DNA of 64,000 nt from Pocillopora damicornis (lineage: Eukaryota): assembly GCF_003704095.1 (NCBI RefSeq), contig NW_020846723.1, positions 62,001-126,000 of the forward strand. Reading direction: 5' to 3'. The translations under genes were made by a program, and so were the position numbers. The notes under the pieces are model-generated. The model was not told the origin of the DNA, did no database searches, and saw nothing but the letters and a program-made list of their open reading frames with translations. Below, one piece after another: positions 1 through 23,800 of the stretch (position 1 is the first letter of the stretch; every line of letters starts with the position of its first letter).

Positions 1-619
1 AACTGTGCGCGCGCTGACTTCAAACTGGGCTCACGGGCGCTGTTAGGCTACGAGGAAGACTAAGTTTTCTAAAGCGGAGGCGAGCCGATTAGTTAAACGA
101 CGAATTCAGTGCAATCCAAGTTGACACCAGTAAGCTTCGCAGTCGTTCATTAATGTTCTTCTTTCCGGGCTCTTTGTTAATCGTATCCAAGTGCTTTGGT
201 TAGATCTATTGTGCGCAAAAGTGCAGGGGCGAATCGCAAATTGATAGCGGCTTACGTATTTCCTTTGTGATCTCTGCCGATATCGATGAAAACTATTATG
301 TGACACTTAAATTTATTCCACATAACATCTTGATGTTGCGAGAATGACTCGATTTGTAATCGCGAAGCTTTCATTTTTTCGTGCATCCCAATTTCACGTC
401 ATCTGTCGCCGTTTGCGTTCGACACGTCAAGGTCCCTCGGGCCTTCTTTAGACTTTTTCCTCTTCATAGCTAATCAACTAGATCCATCTGCTTCACGTTA
501 ATTCGGCGGTAAGCGTGACGCTTTTGGTTGTTTTTAATACGCTCCGCTCATGGTTTGACTATATTGATCAGAGCCATCTGTCAATATTCCCGTGAATTTG
601 CGCGGAGGCTACCTTTGAC

Positions 620-10924
<10,305 letters not shown>

Positions 10925-11469
10925 ATTATCACTGGTTGGTAACTAATTTTATCTGTATACTTATAATTTTATTAATAGGTGCTTACAGCACAATAGTTGG
11001 AGTCACATGTAATGTTGAAACATGCACAATTACTACTAGCCTGAAGAGAACCATCAAATCTCTCTTTCACTTTCTGACCAAAGTTATCAGAATAGATGAA
11101 AGGGGAACTTGGATATTGAAGGATTTGATAGTTTGGCATGAATTAGAAACGAACAACTTGAACAAAACTCTGAGGCAGCTTGGATTTTTATAGATACAGA
11201 AATTGTGGCATGGCTCAGGAAGAATCTTGATTAATTTTTTGCACAGCAATATTTATTAAACTTGTCTTGAGTGAAAAAAGGGTGGGTGGAGCTAATATGG
11301 AAGGAGGGGTCATTAACTTAACATACAAGCAGCCTTGTACATTGACCTTTAATGTTGTTAAATGCCTTGATTGTCTTTAGACATGATTTACATGTTCAAG
11401 GTAATGTTCCTTTATAAAATGTTTTTAAAAAAATAGTTACAGTACTGGATAGGAGACATAAGGGCCTAA

Positions 11470-11950
11470 TAATTGGCAGGGCTGGCAATCTGTCGGCTAG
11501 CTGGTTAGATGCAAATTTGAGACTTACGCCTGTCTCACTGTGTTGTGTTCTAAGGCAAGAGTCTTAACTTTCACAGTGCCTCTCCTAAGCAGGATTGTCA
11601 ACCCTTTAACCCCTAAGAGTTACTAGCATCTAATTTCTCCTTACAATATCACCTCTGAATCATACATTAAGGTCATGAGAATAAAGGAAATGACCACCAA
11701 CCAAATAGGCTCATGATTGTTAAACAAATTCTCCTTGTTAGCACCTTAAGAAATGTATAGAGAACAGTATGGAGAATATCCATACTGATTTTAGGGTGTA
11801 AAGGGTTAACAAAATTGTAGGCACAGGTGAACTGAAAATGAACTTGACAAAATACTGAGAGTAGCCTGATATGGATGAGGTCCCATCCACAAGGATTAGA
11901 AGTGTATCATAGGATGCCACAGAAATCAAGTTGAACTCAGGACATGGGCT
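11470..11950 (+). mobile_element. Degraded SINE (CORE-like segment) interrupted by a MITE
   Basis: cactgtgttgtgttctaaggcaagagtcttaactttcacagtgcctctc resembles a CORE-type SINE body. SINE-like sequence resumes after 11810, and a related degraded copy lies at about 34805-35100. Confidence 0.5.
11598..11809 (+). mobile_element. piggyBac-type MITE family A, copy 3 (best preserved)
   Basis: TIRs ccctttaacccctaa ... ttagggtgtaaaggg, flanked by tcaa/ttaa. CCC termini with a TTAA target are typical of piggyBac. Confidence 0.8.
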
Positions 11951-12549
11951 GCTTTGTGTGTTTATAACTTGGTTTATCATAAATGCTTTTACTGGATGAT
12001 TCATGTCTTCCAGCTTAAGCGACCTATTGTAAATTTGTTCTTAAGGGTCGACTTCGAACAATTTAAAAGGATTTTAATCATTATGCTATTTCTAATTATG
12101 CAGAGATATGTTATATTACATAGGGGGTAATTAGTCACCACAGATTAGATCAGTGATCTTTTATGAACAAGATATTTCTTAATATATATTAAAAAAGGGC
12201 TGGTTGATCCACCAAAAGATTACTACACCATAAAATTCATAGCACAATAAAATATTTAAAGAGAAATTATTGTGAGCTAGGCTCAGAAAATAAATTATCA
12301 AATATGCACATTTCCTGAGGAATACTACTTTATATCTGTTATAATACAGTAGCCTATGAAAACTGGGATTGTTTCAGAGCATTAAGTCAATATACAATAA
12401 CGTTAGAAGTTAAGATGATAACCCAACATCTGCTGCAGATATTGGTTTATCACGTCGAGTTCAAAGTCTACCTAGTTTTCAATCCCCCTTGTTCATGTAT
12501 TTTACAACTCAGAGAGTTATGTCTCCTTTTGCAATTTTTTTAAAAAATG

Positions 12550-12702
12550 TATGATAAAACAATTGTTAAATTTGGTTTTCGCATGATATTATGAATTATC
12601 AAACCTCGTGTCTGAGTTATCTGCCAAAGCCGAAGGCTGAGGCAGATCACTTGGACCTTTATATTGATAATTCATGATACCATGCTCAACCTCGTCCAAT
12701 TG
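12550..12702. repeat. Palindromic interspersed repeat with central GCCGAAGGC hairpin
   Basis: Arms atgaattatcaa...ttatctgcc and ggcagatca...ttgataattcat surround gccgaaggc. Confidence 0.6.
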
Positions 12703-13459
12703 CTGCCTATTAATTTCATTGGGATATTCCTTTTTGCGTAGAAAATTCCACTACCTGCCATGCTAGAACACCTCGTTCCCTCACTCTTTGTCGCAGACAT
12801 ACATTAACAAAAATATTTTCATAGTTTACGTTACTTGTGTGATTATGAACTGGACAGGCGGAGATACCAACATGCTCATGGCCATGTTTAACTTGCAAGT
12901 GAAGAAATGATGTTAGATCTTATCTTATTTCAATAACTAATCTTACTTGTAAATACTGATCGTCAAACACAAACAAACTCTATGTATAGTCTTGGTGTTT
13001 AGGTATGTTTGAATCTTTGAAAGTTCTTATTTCAACATTCTTTTTGTTGTATAAATTGATGCAAACAATTGTGAGAGTATGTTTAATGTAACGTAAGTTA
13101 TTAACTCGATCTTCCAAATTTTTCTTGCTCATGCGACGAGTCCTGCATAGGGCTGAATGTTATTTTGATGTTTTGGGAAAAAATGTTTAATTTTATTTTG
13201 GTTCTCGAGTTATTTTATGTTGTAACAACAACAACTTATGATTTATTTCGCCATTTTCTGATATTTATGGGGACATACATCAATATTTCGTTTTGCTGTA
13301 ATTTTTTTAAGCATTTGGTATGGGATACCAACAGAAAAACTCACTTCTATTCATTGTTTACTTAATCAGGGGAATTGAGAGCTGATCATTCTCCCAGGGG
13401 CTTGGAAAGTAAGTTATTTATTTGCGTCTGTGTCGTCAGTATTGTTTATCTTATTTTTT

Positions 13460-13631
13460 NNNNNNNNNNNNNNNNNNNNNNNNNNNNNNNNNNNNNNNNN
13501 NNNNNNNNNNNNNNNNNNNNNNNNNNNNNNNNNNNNNNNNNNNNNNNNNNNNNNNNNNNNNNNNNNNNNNNNNNNNNNNNNNNNNNNNNNNNNNNNNNNN
13601 NNNNNNNNNNNNNNNNNNNNNNNNNNNNNNN
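13460..13631. other. Assembly gap (172 N)
   Basis: N run. Confidence 1.
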
Positions 13632-13834
13632 AATGCTGGAAATATTTTTTACTTGCATGTATCATAAACTTTTACCATGTAGATACTAGCCTAGATTAAC
13701 ACGGGATGTACAATAGATTTGAATATACTAGTAAGTGGATAGGACGCTTTTTTGTAAATAGAGAATAGTTTTGATGTATTTACTTCATGATAAAAATTAT
13801 GAACTCCATTACTTTTCGAAAAAATGAATCACTA

Positions 13835-14080
13835 CCCCTTACTAATCGAGTTCGAAGTTCATACTGTAAGTACAGACCGAGTTTTATTCTCTCAGATTTA
13901 TTACCCAAGCGCGAAGTGCGCGGGCCATAAATCTGAGCGGAAAAAACAAGGTTCGGTACGGACCAAGAAAAATGAGTTTAATAAGATTTGAATACAAAGT
14001 TTTCAACTTAGCGCACCATACAGCGAAATCGACCCGTTTAATTTATCAATCATAGCGCACGTATTTACTTGGAGATATAA
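13835..14080. repeat. Palindromic interspersed repeat with central GCGCGAAGTGCGC hairpin
   Basis: Inverted arms ctcagattta and taaatctgag flank gcgcgaagtgcgc. Confidence 0.6.
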
Positions 14081-15561
14081 TTAAGTGTGATAGGGATCAG
14101 AGCAAATTGACAAGCCAATTTTTACATTACTGTCATAAGTAACCCTTTTCACATTAATGAGGACAGTAGGAAAGCAATTTGGACTTGGATCTGGCAAGTT
14201 TTCATTTTACTTGAATTCAGGGTGTTCTCCATTTTAACAAGAAGTTCAGCCTTAAGAATAGGAGCGCCTGCCTGATATAGCACCTTCTTGGAGCGAACTG
14301 CAGACTGGTTCTCTTGTTCTTAGAACTGGTGGGAAAGATATCATGCTTGCTAGACAGACCTAAACATCTAAATAAAAATGAAATGCTTAATTAGCAAAGA
14401 TACAGAGATCTTTTTAACATTTTTGTTAGACATTAAAGCTTGCAAGGGTAGTTCTTATCGGTACTAATGTTATTTCGGCTGTTTATGATGTAACAATTGA
14501 TTGCTTAGTGAGCAAAACACTTTAACACCGAAATCTCTTGACCGCAAGTAAGATTACTGCTAATGGAAATGCTATGTTTCCTCGCTTGAACGCTGGTGCC
14601 GTTAATTTTAGATCCTTGAAGCATTGAGCAAGGATTTTAATTTATGAAAGACAGCCATTTATCTTGCCATAGTGCTATGATACTCATAAATATAATGTGC
14701 AAGGGATGTCAGTGTTTATATCGGTACAAAAGCCCGATTGTAATCGAGACTAAGCATCCGAGTAAACACGTCAATCATGAATGAATTTTCTAGTTTAGCC
14801 TGTCAAGCACAGATGTTTTATTAGTTTATATTTGGTACAGGATATCAAAAGAAATGTAGATAGGTCAGTGTCAGGGATGAAATTAGAAAATTATAGCTTC
14901 TAATGAATAGAATATTATACATATGGATATTAAACGATATATGAAAATGAATTTCATTGTACTGGGTGCTGGGACACCTCTTTGGGTTTAGTTTGGTTTG
15001 TATTGTACGATAGAAGGCAATAAAAGAAGTCAATAATACGAGAAGTTTTGTGATTAAGAAATGAGTGTAGCGCTGAGCGCGCTCGTATTGGTCAAAACGC
15101 CTGTGTTTCGATCATTGGAAGACTAGAGGAAACTGAAACGTTTTCAAGTTACCGACCGTTCTTTATTTAAAAAAAAAACCGTTTTGATGTTGATGTCAGT
15201 CAAAAGAAGAAATATATCTGAATTGAAAAATATCTAAGGTCAAAGTTTTCTTGCTCAATTCAGATAAACTATCTCTAGAAACTTTCCCTCTTATATGGAC
15301 TGGGGAATCAAGCGCAACTTAGAGATTTCGTTTCGCTCTTCAGAACAGCACAGCTGCTTTGTCGGTTACATGACTTATAGGGGCAGTTATACATCGCACT
15401 CCTGTCGATGTAAAAATCAATACAAAAAAATCAAATTAAATAACCTAACTATCATATTATTTACAAATATTGGAAAAAGAGCTATGTTTAATTTGTACGA
15501 ATGGCGGAAACGAATATGGAAATGATGGCGCTTGCTTTCTCTTGTACCCAACCTACCTACT

Positions 15562-18500
15562 TCAAACATAACATGACTCTACTACTAATTGTCCGTCGTT
15601 TAACTGTACAATCTTGTCACATTCTTCAATGGTTTTCAGCCGATGGGCGATGGTGATTACAGTTGAGTTTTTGAGTTTTTCGTGGATTGTTTGGTGTATG
15701 ATTTGTTCTGTTTTGGGGTCAACATGAGCAGTGGGTTCATCAAGGACCACAATTTTACTCCCTTGTAGTAAAACACGAGCTAAACAAACTAACTGCTTCT
15801 CTCCTACGCTCAGATTCACTCCTTTGTTTGTCATTGTATGATCCAATTTTCCCTGAAAGTTCTCCACGAGTGTTTTCAATTGCACAGTTTCTAATGCGTC
15901 CCACAGATCAACATCGCTATGTTCTTCCAGTGGATCGAGGTTCATTCTAAGGGATCCACTGAACACAACAGGATTTTGACTAAGCACAGAGATACAACTC
16001 CTAGAGTCTTGTAGATTTAAACTTGTAAGCTCCACTCCGTCCACAGTGATTGACCCTTCAGCTTCAGGCATGCGCAGAAGAGCAGATACTATGCTTGATT
16101 TCCCGGATCCGGTTCTACCGACAACTCCAACCTTGGAATGTCCTTCGATGTACATAATAATTTTCTTGAGTGCCGCCGGTCCCTCAGGATAGTATGTGAG
16201 AGATAGCTCGGTAAATTTGATGTCTCCATTTGATGGCCATTGTTTTGGTTTTTCTGTTGGTGTATCGTATCCCATTTCAGGTTCAAGTTTGGTGATTGCC
16301 ATTACTCTCTCTACAGATGTCATCAAATTCTCGACTTCACAGGACTGTTGAACTGATACCTGGGTGAAGTGAGAGGTTTCAAAGACGTACACGAATGCAA
16401 GACCAACAAGAGCTGAAAATTAAGAATATAGCACCCCAGTTAGACCTTTCCATAAAAATATCTTTCTGATGCGTTATAAATCATGTGCACAAGTGCAGTG
16501 AATCATAAGCACTAGTTGAACTCAAACACTCGGTTGATTTTGGGGAGATAAGTCCGGTTGCGAACGCGTAATGGAGTCACTTTGCTTTTTATAAAAGAGC
16601 ATGAAATCCCCGCTCTCATGGTCATTCTTTCCATTCAGGAGTCTTCCTGAGAATGCCATAGGTTCGACTGAAAGAGCCTAGTTTCCCCATTAAGAGGAAG
16701 AAGCTGTGTCCGCAGATCGCATAACTTTGCGAAATCTGGATTAAGAATGGAGACAAAAGACATTCTTTTAACGCGACAAATGGCCCCTTTTTAACAAAAA
16801 TAACTACCCATGGGAAAAGCAAATATAGTTGTTACCAAAGAAAGACACCAAATATTTCTTGATACAAAACGAGTAATTTCTGTAATTATATTAAGCAAAG
16901 AAGAACCCACGATTTGTTAGGATCTCGCTTACCGTTGTCATGGCAAAATAGAGCAGCAGCTAAGGCAACAGCGCCGATCAAGATGGCAGATAGGAGATCT
17001 AATCTTATTCCAAGCCAACGAGTCGCAGCCAATACCATGAAATATGCTTGATTGTGAACGTCTTGATATCTGCCAAGTTGGAAAAAATGAGATAACAAAA
17101 CAAATTTAGGTCACCACATTTCTAGAGTCTTCTTTTTTTCTTATTCAGGTTACTTGTGTCCTCTTATACGCATTCGTTTGAAATCAGAGTTTCTTTATGC
17201 CTGATTTCAGTTCAATATCAGTATATCACCCCCACAAAATCACAAAGGTTAATGCATGATTGTCGTCATGCATTAAGGTTTTCGTCAGGCTTAAAGCCAG
17301 CTTGCATACACCGAAGAAGTCTCTCTTCTGCTATTTATTATTATCACTTTGAGTATTTCACTTCACTTCCCAGCCTTGACATGAAGAAATTCTGCATAAT
17401 AACCGTACAGCCGTTCTGAGTCTTCTCCCTCGATTTCCTATCATCACTTTCAGCAATTTGCATGACTTTTAAAGTCTTAACACGAAAAAAATTCTGCATG
17501 ATAGGAATACAGCTGCTCCAGGTCATTTCGATAGTATTTTAAAAATGCGAAAAAGCGTTTTTCTTTCAAAACGACAATGAAAAGAAGACATAGCAGTAAT
17601 TTCTTGTTAATAACAATGTTACCTGTGTAATTGATCAGCAAACTCGCGTTGTCTTCCACGGGAACGAATGGTGTCCAAACCATCTAATGTTTCCGAGATA
17701 TGTGACAACACAGGACTGCGGCACACAGATTCTAGCCTCTTAAGTTCTCTAGAGGTTTTCATGAAGTACCTTGCAATGTAAACATACAGTATGATGATAG
17801 GAACAACAACTGCTGCCAGCCACGCATTTGCGATTAATGGAACGAGAGCTGCAGTCAAGACGAACAACACCAACTGGACTGCAAACAGAAATGTCTTCGG
17901 CAGAACTTCGTCCATGCAGCCGATGTCTTTAGAAAATCGATTAAGGATTCTGCCGATTGGATTCGAGTCAAAAAATAACACCGGTGCTTTTAGGAGGGCT
18001 GTCACCATGTCATCGTGAAGGCTCTCTGAGGATCTCAGTACCACCTGGAAGAACATGTAAGCTCGAATTGTCGCAAGGATAACAGCTGCAGTGACACAAC
18101 TGGCGTAGATTCCAATGTTAATTCTGTCTGTCTGGTCTTCACTAGGGAGTCTTGTAAGAAAGGAAAGCCATAGGTCCGGTGAAATCATGACTCCTAAAAG
18201 CAATAAATATGAAATGTTAGAGCAGTTCAAATCGATAGACCATTAACTAAGCGAACACTATCGACGAAGCGAGTTTTGTGTCTATTTTATGCTTCTATTT
18301 ACAGAGTATCTATAACTGCAAACTTGCAGCACTGATGTAGGAAACTGAAATGTGATCAAGATAATTTTGTTTATCAACTGAGTTGATAATGTAAATTCGC
18401 CACCGTGAAGAGTTTCAAAGCTGACGTTTCGAGCGTTAGCTCTTCGTTTGTTTTTCGCCCAGACGAGGGGCTGAAACTCTTTACCGTAGCCAATTTACGT

Positions 18501-21500
18501 TATTAACACATTTGTTAAGAAGGAATTAGTCGATTTCTCACCAAATAATCGGCACCAAAGGTTTGCTGCCGTCCTTCTAAAGGAGGCTACGTTGCGATAG
18601 TTTTAGTCGTATTAAGAGTCTTGGAGAACGGCATTTACACAGAGTAAAGCTATGAAATAATCGTGTTTCAGGAACAAAAAAGATAAAGAGGCAAGAGAGA
18701 ACCAAAGAGATATAAGGATGGCGAAGATTAAAACGGATTAAAGAGACAGAAGAACCTTAGCGAAGTTCCTTACCTTGACAAAGAAGGAACATTAAGGCCA
18801 TGCCACCTAAAAGGATTGGATGTACTCCTGCCGTTAAATAATCCCAGTAACGCTTGCAGGACACTGTTCCAGTCATGCGGTCTTCGTCTGGGATTTGTAT
18901 GCTTTTGACTTGCTTGTTGTCGGAACAATGTACTTTGGTATTTTTTGTGATAAGCTCTTCAAAAAAAGTTTTATGGAAACTTTTGTTTTGAGGGTCTAGA
19001 ATGTCTGTCAGTGCTTCTTTTTCATTGAGTTCTAAGAAAGTTCCTCGATCGATCACTGAGCCACTATGCAAAACAATGATTTCATCTGCGAACTTCATGT
19101 GGGACTCTTGATGAGAAACCATAAGACGAACTTTGTTAGATAAAACGCCAAGAATACAATGATTAAAGATGTCATTGCCAACATTAGCATCGACAGCTGA
19201 GAGTGGATTATCCAGCAGGTAAATATCACAATCAGCATACACAGCACGAGCCAAACTGATGCGAGTGCGCTGACCACCGCTTAACGTGTCGCCTCGCTCT
19301 CCAATAACCACTTGGTCTTTATCAGGAAATCTTTCAATATCATCTTCTAATGCACAAGCTCTGATGGTTCGGACGTATTTTTCGACATCAAATGGTTGAC
19401 CAAACAAGATGTTATCTCGCAGGGTACCAGAGAAGACCCAAGGAACCTGCGGTACGTAAGCAATTGTCCCGCAACACTGGACATGTCCATCAGTGACTGG
19501 AATCTCTCCCGTAATTATAGATAGTAATGTTGATTTTCCACTGCCCACTGGACCAGTTATGATAGCAAAGTGATCGTTGTTTGCTTCCAAATAGATTGAC
19601 TTTACCGAGCACTTATTGGAATCAATCTTACAAGTCACATTGGATAATTTGACCATCGTTTTCTCAGGCTTTCCCTTCAAGTCTTCGTCTTTGATTATTC
19701 GTGCTTTTTCAGATTGATTTTTTCCCAGATTCTTTGTTTCAAGAAGATTATGTTTATTTTTACTTTCAAGATCATCTCTATAGATATTTATGTCATTAGA
19801 TTTCTTCAATGACTCTTCAAAACATGCGAGCTCGTTGATGATATCTTCAAATTCTTCATTTTCAAAAGGACTTGCATTTTTCGTTAATTTGGTTAACGGT
19901 TTTACATCAGTCAAACTGCATAGGTTTTGTAGCATCAGAAATTCTTGTATCCTTTGAAATGATACGTAAGCCTCGTAAACGAACATTGTTCCTTCCCCTA
20001 TGGACCTCAGTGCGCTGTTACGAAGAACGTTGATAATGGACAAGAGAGTGAAAACGATGAACGGTGTTAAGTGATGGCCAAAAAGAGCGAGGGTCAACAG
20101 AGAAATGAAGGAAGCTACAATCCCCGAGGTATACATAAGAGAAATCGCACATGATAGGAGGACGCTCTTGCAACGAATTACCTTCATCTCCTTCCTGCAA
20201 AGAAGAGTATGTAAAGAGGATGTATGAGACTTTCATGCAGGTTACAGGAGGAGAATTAGATATCCCATGTGTACTACAGGATACCATGTACTCTGGCTAA
20301 GGTTAATCCTACTTTCGCTATGATTTACATCAACACAAAGCAAGTTTTTCGTACGTCGTTGTTTTAAACTCGTGCTAATACTAACGCCTCTCCAAGTCAG
20401 TTGACATCGCCAATGAAAAGAAAACTATTCGCTAACTACCGTTTAACTAAAGAAATTTGTCAATGAAATCTGTCAAGGAAAACTCATTGCCGAAGGAGAA
20501 CTTTCCTTTGAACAATTACAATTTCCAGGCAAAGGGTCCTTGTCAAGTCATCTTACTGGCAAACGCCGTCTACAGCAACAGTCCAATTGTTAAGAAAGGC
20601 GTGTCAGTTTTTTAACTAGGGAACTTGGCAATAGAAAAAATGGCATATTTTAAGATTTACACGACGAAGGAAAACTTTTGTATAGCGCTTAACTCAGCTC
20701 TATCGATACGTACACGAGTCTCCTTTGTTTGAACTTTGATAGTGTCACGTAGCCTGCTTATTGGAATTTCATTCCCCTTAATTGAATTTGTAGTGAGACA
20801 CTGATCGAAGATTTCCCATTTGATTTGATTCTTTCCACTAACCTCCGAGCTTCCTTAACATGATCTCTGAAAAACCATTCCCACGCATGGGTTTTAACTT
20901 CACGTATCCCAGCGATTATTTCAGTCATGAGATTTATTCGTCGGTCACTGATGACAGCGGTCTGCAGGCGAAGCTTTCCTGACAGGTATGTCAAGTAGCC
21001 ACCAAACGGTACGAGAAGAAATAAGAAGATGATCCCCGTTAATGCCTGCCAACCTATGAAGTACCATAACAAAGGTACCACTACACAAACATCAAAGATG
21101 GCGACGAGAAGGCGGAAGAATTGCCTGGCAGCTTGTTCCATTCTTTGAACGTCATTGGACACCAGATCGACCACGTGACCTTTGGTAAAGTCGTTTAGCG
21201 TGTGTTGGCTTAGTTGTAGAATCTAGGATAGTAGAAAATTCGAATGAAACGCTTTAAGATGTTGATCGATAAGGTGTAAATTGTCACCACAATGATTCAT
21301 CATTGCGACGGAAGTTTTCAATAAACAGACAAGACCACAGACTACGTGGGAGAATTCACAGTATAAACAAAATTTGCATTTCAAACCCTCACTCAATCTC
21401 AGTTGTCTCTTAATGTATTTCAAATCCACTTGTATCCCATCGAAAATCAAGATGTTGCAAAAGCTGTCACTTCCAATCAAGTTGGTAACCTCAAAGAGGA

Positions 21501-23303
21501 TTCCAAAGTATATAAATATGGTTTTTCAATAATCCCTACTTAAAACTTAGATCTGCTTGAACTTAATTGAATTTGTTAATCTTTGAGCATATTATTTTAT
21601 ATTCTTTTCACTCTGGCTTGCACAGCTGGACTAGTTATTATCCTGCCATGGGTTTTTTTTCTCTGCGGAATGTGATTTCCCTCTGCTGCATTTTGATGCA
21701 CACAAAACCGAAGTTATCCGGAAAGAAATGCTCTTTTATCTTGCCGTGCCGTTATTGACTGATGGAACTCCTCCAAAAATCTTTCAGAAGACCTCGTACT
21801 ACAGCAATAAGCTAAATTTACACAGAACATTCCGTTGCGAATGAATCGGAAATTCCGGAAAACACGGAATTGATGGCAACAATGTCCTGTCGAGACGAAC
21901 TGTTTCTGTCTGGATAAAATATTAAAATGATATATTTGCATGTTCATCCTTTCCCGGCAAACAAACAAGTAGCACCTTGATTACATGATGTTTACTGAGT
22001 GGCGTGATCGATTAGTATTCGATTCATTCATTTCAGGCGTGATTTATTTGGCGAGAAGCTTTAGCAATCTTTCGTAGTCATCCTTCCGGTAAAAAGCAGT
22101 ACTCCTTCAAAATTTGGTTTTTGGGTTTCCGGACAATAATGTACTAACCGGTCTGGGAAAAACGCGAAGGTGTTATTAAATTGAAGTACATTTTCTCTAA
22201 AAAATGTTCATCAATATGCTTCTCGATAGAACCTTGATTTTAGCCACATGTCATTTATTCCATTAGCTAAAACGTCTGTGCGCCTGGATTCAAATAATGT
22301 ATTCGCTTGAAAAATACCGTCACTTATCATTCCGTCCATTGGTTACACGTTATAACTGCAGTTGGTTAGTTCCTCGCAAAATGGGTCGGCCCTCATTGGG
22401 TTCACGCCCGAACCAGGGCCAGATAACTCCACAACCTAAATCTCACAGTTTCTTTTGTCGTTAGACAACCTTAAGTCCTCTTTTTCTGTTTATCATCAGT
22501 TCCCATAAACTGGAAGGGGAGGGCACTTGACTCTCGAATATGGCAACAGCAAAATGAATCAAGACGAGAATAGAAAAAGAACAGCTAATTATTACAACTG
22601 ATTGATATAACTAATTTCCTTCCCATTCAAATACGAATTTCTCTCATTTGGTGCAAATTTGACAGATCTTTCTCTCTGGAAGATAGGCTGCGCCTGAAGA
22701 AATACTCTCTTCAATAAACTGAATGGTCAATCCTTTCTTTCTTTCTTTATTTTTCGAGATTTTGGTGAGGTCACTAACCTTTTTAAAGATGACTCCCTTG
22801 AGAGACGCCTTCATTCGCATGCCAATTACGTACAGTTTGAAGCTACTATGATGTACAGCGACACTTTTCATCACTACAATTATCAGCATCAATACAGCGC
22901 ACCCGCAAAGCAGACTTCTTTCAGGCCTGTCCGACATAAGTGTAGAAATAAATACCCCCAGGAAAAAAGGTTGTAGAAATCGACCCACGGAGTCTATCAG
23001 CCCAGCAAAGGAAATTACTAACAGGTCCTTAAGAGAGAGAACTTTCAAAGCACTTTTCCACAATTTGGGTTCTTTTTCAGTTAGTTTGTGATCGTTGAGA
23101 TCTTTCATCCACTGTGACTGAAGCTGTTTTGTCAATTCAGAAGTTGTATCTTCTTCGTGCAACGGCCAGAAGTCGGATTGTTCTAAAGGGCGCTGGTTTC
23201 CAGTTTTGAACAAATCGTTTGTCCACCAGAAGAGCAGAAAGGAAATTATGTTTGCTTTTCTCTGTGGATGCGTGGAGGCATCATGTTCTCCACCGTCGAT
23301 CAT
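15562..23303 (-). CDS. ABCC4: ABCC4/MRP4-like short ABCC transporter (TMD1-NBD1-TMD2-NBD2), about 1294 aa. Exons: 23303-22779, 21222-20843, 20194-18774, 18193-17623, 17069-16933, 16412-15562
   Basis: Lasso motif HPQRKANIISFLLFWW and no TMD0. Walker A GPVGSGKST and GRTGSGKSS, signatures LSGGQ and LSVGEKQ, FFDSNPIGRILNRFSKD, ELKRLESVCRSP and TIAHRL. GT-AG junctions in phase; 3885 nt. Confidence 0.92.
18370..18510. mobile_element. Penelope-associated terminal repeat remnant with degenerate hammerhead-like core
   Basis: The minus strand reads caaacgaagagctaacgctcgaaacgtcagc, a CUGAnGA..GAAA..GUC layout with CUGA mutated. It shares aactgagttgataatgtaaatt with 60362-60384. Confidence 0.55.
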
Positions 23304-23689
23304 TTTTCTGAAAAAGAGAGTTTTATCAACTTAGGCATCTTCCGATATGCGCACGATGAGATGTTGAGAACATAAGTGCTTTGTCGGAACTTACATTGTT
23401 TTGCACGGATGCTGGATACAACGAAGTATTGATGAGATCCACTCGGATTCAATGTGTTTTAAACAGTATCATGATGATGATAGGGCAGTACAGATTTTTC
23501 AACACAATATTTGTGCATTCAATCAAAAGAAGATCATTAAAAATTTTTATTGCAGGAATATTGCGAGGAGCATTAAAAAAACATTTTAAACAATGTTATC
23601 AACGACATTTTACCCTTGGTTGAGGGAGTGATTTCAGTGTTCGCTGCAACTAAAGTTTCTAGATGGTAGGGATGATAAGAAATACTCAC

Positions 23690-23800
23690 CAATACAATAT
23701 GGGAACAACTTAACAACAAAATACATCAATAAACATTTGCGGCAAAATATTTACTGTTAAAATAGTAACTGGAACCAACGGAGCGCCGGACTAAGCGACT
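23690..23800 (-). other. Probable non-coding first exon of the ABCC4-like gene (5' end approximate)
   Basis: Donor G|GTGAGT at 23690/23689 and acceptor tttttcag 4 nt upstream of the ATG at 23303. Confidence 0.5.

Noticed and set aside
13375-13699. ORFs spanning the N run (also 34542-34751)
   Set aside because: Artefacts of translating through assembly gaps.
17380-17520. Imperfect direct duplication (aaattctgcat.ata...tacagc) in an ABCC4 intron
   Set aside because: A two-copy local duplication with no sign of function.
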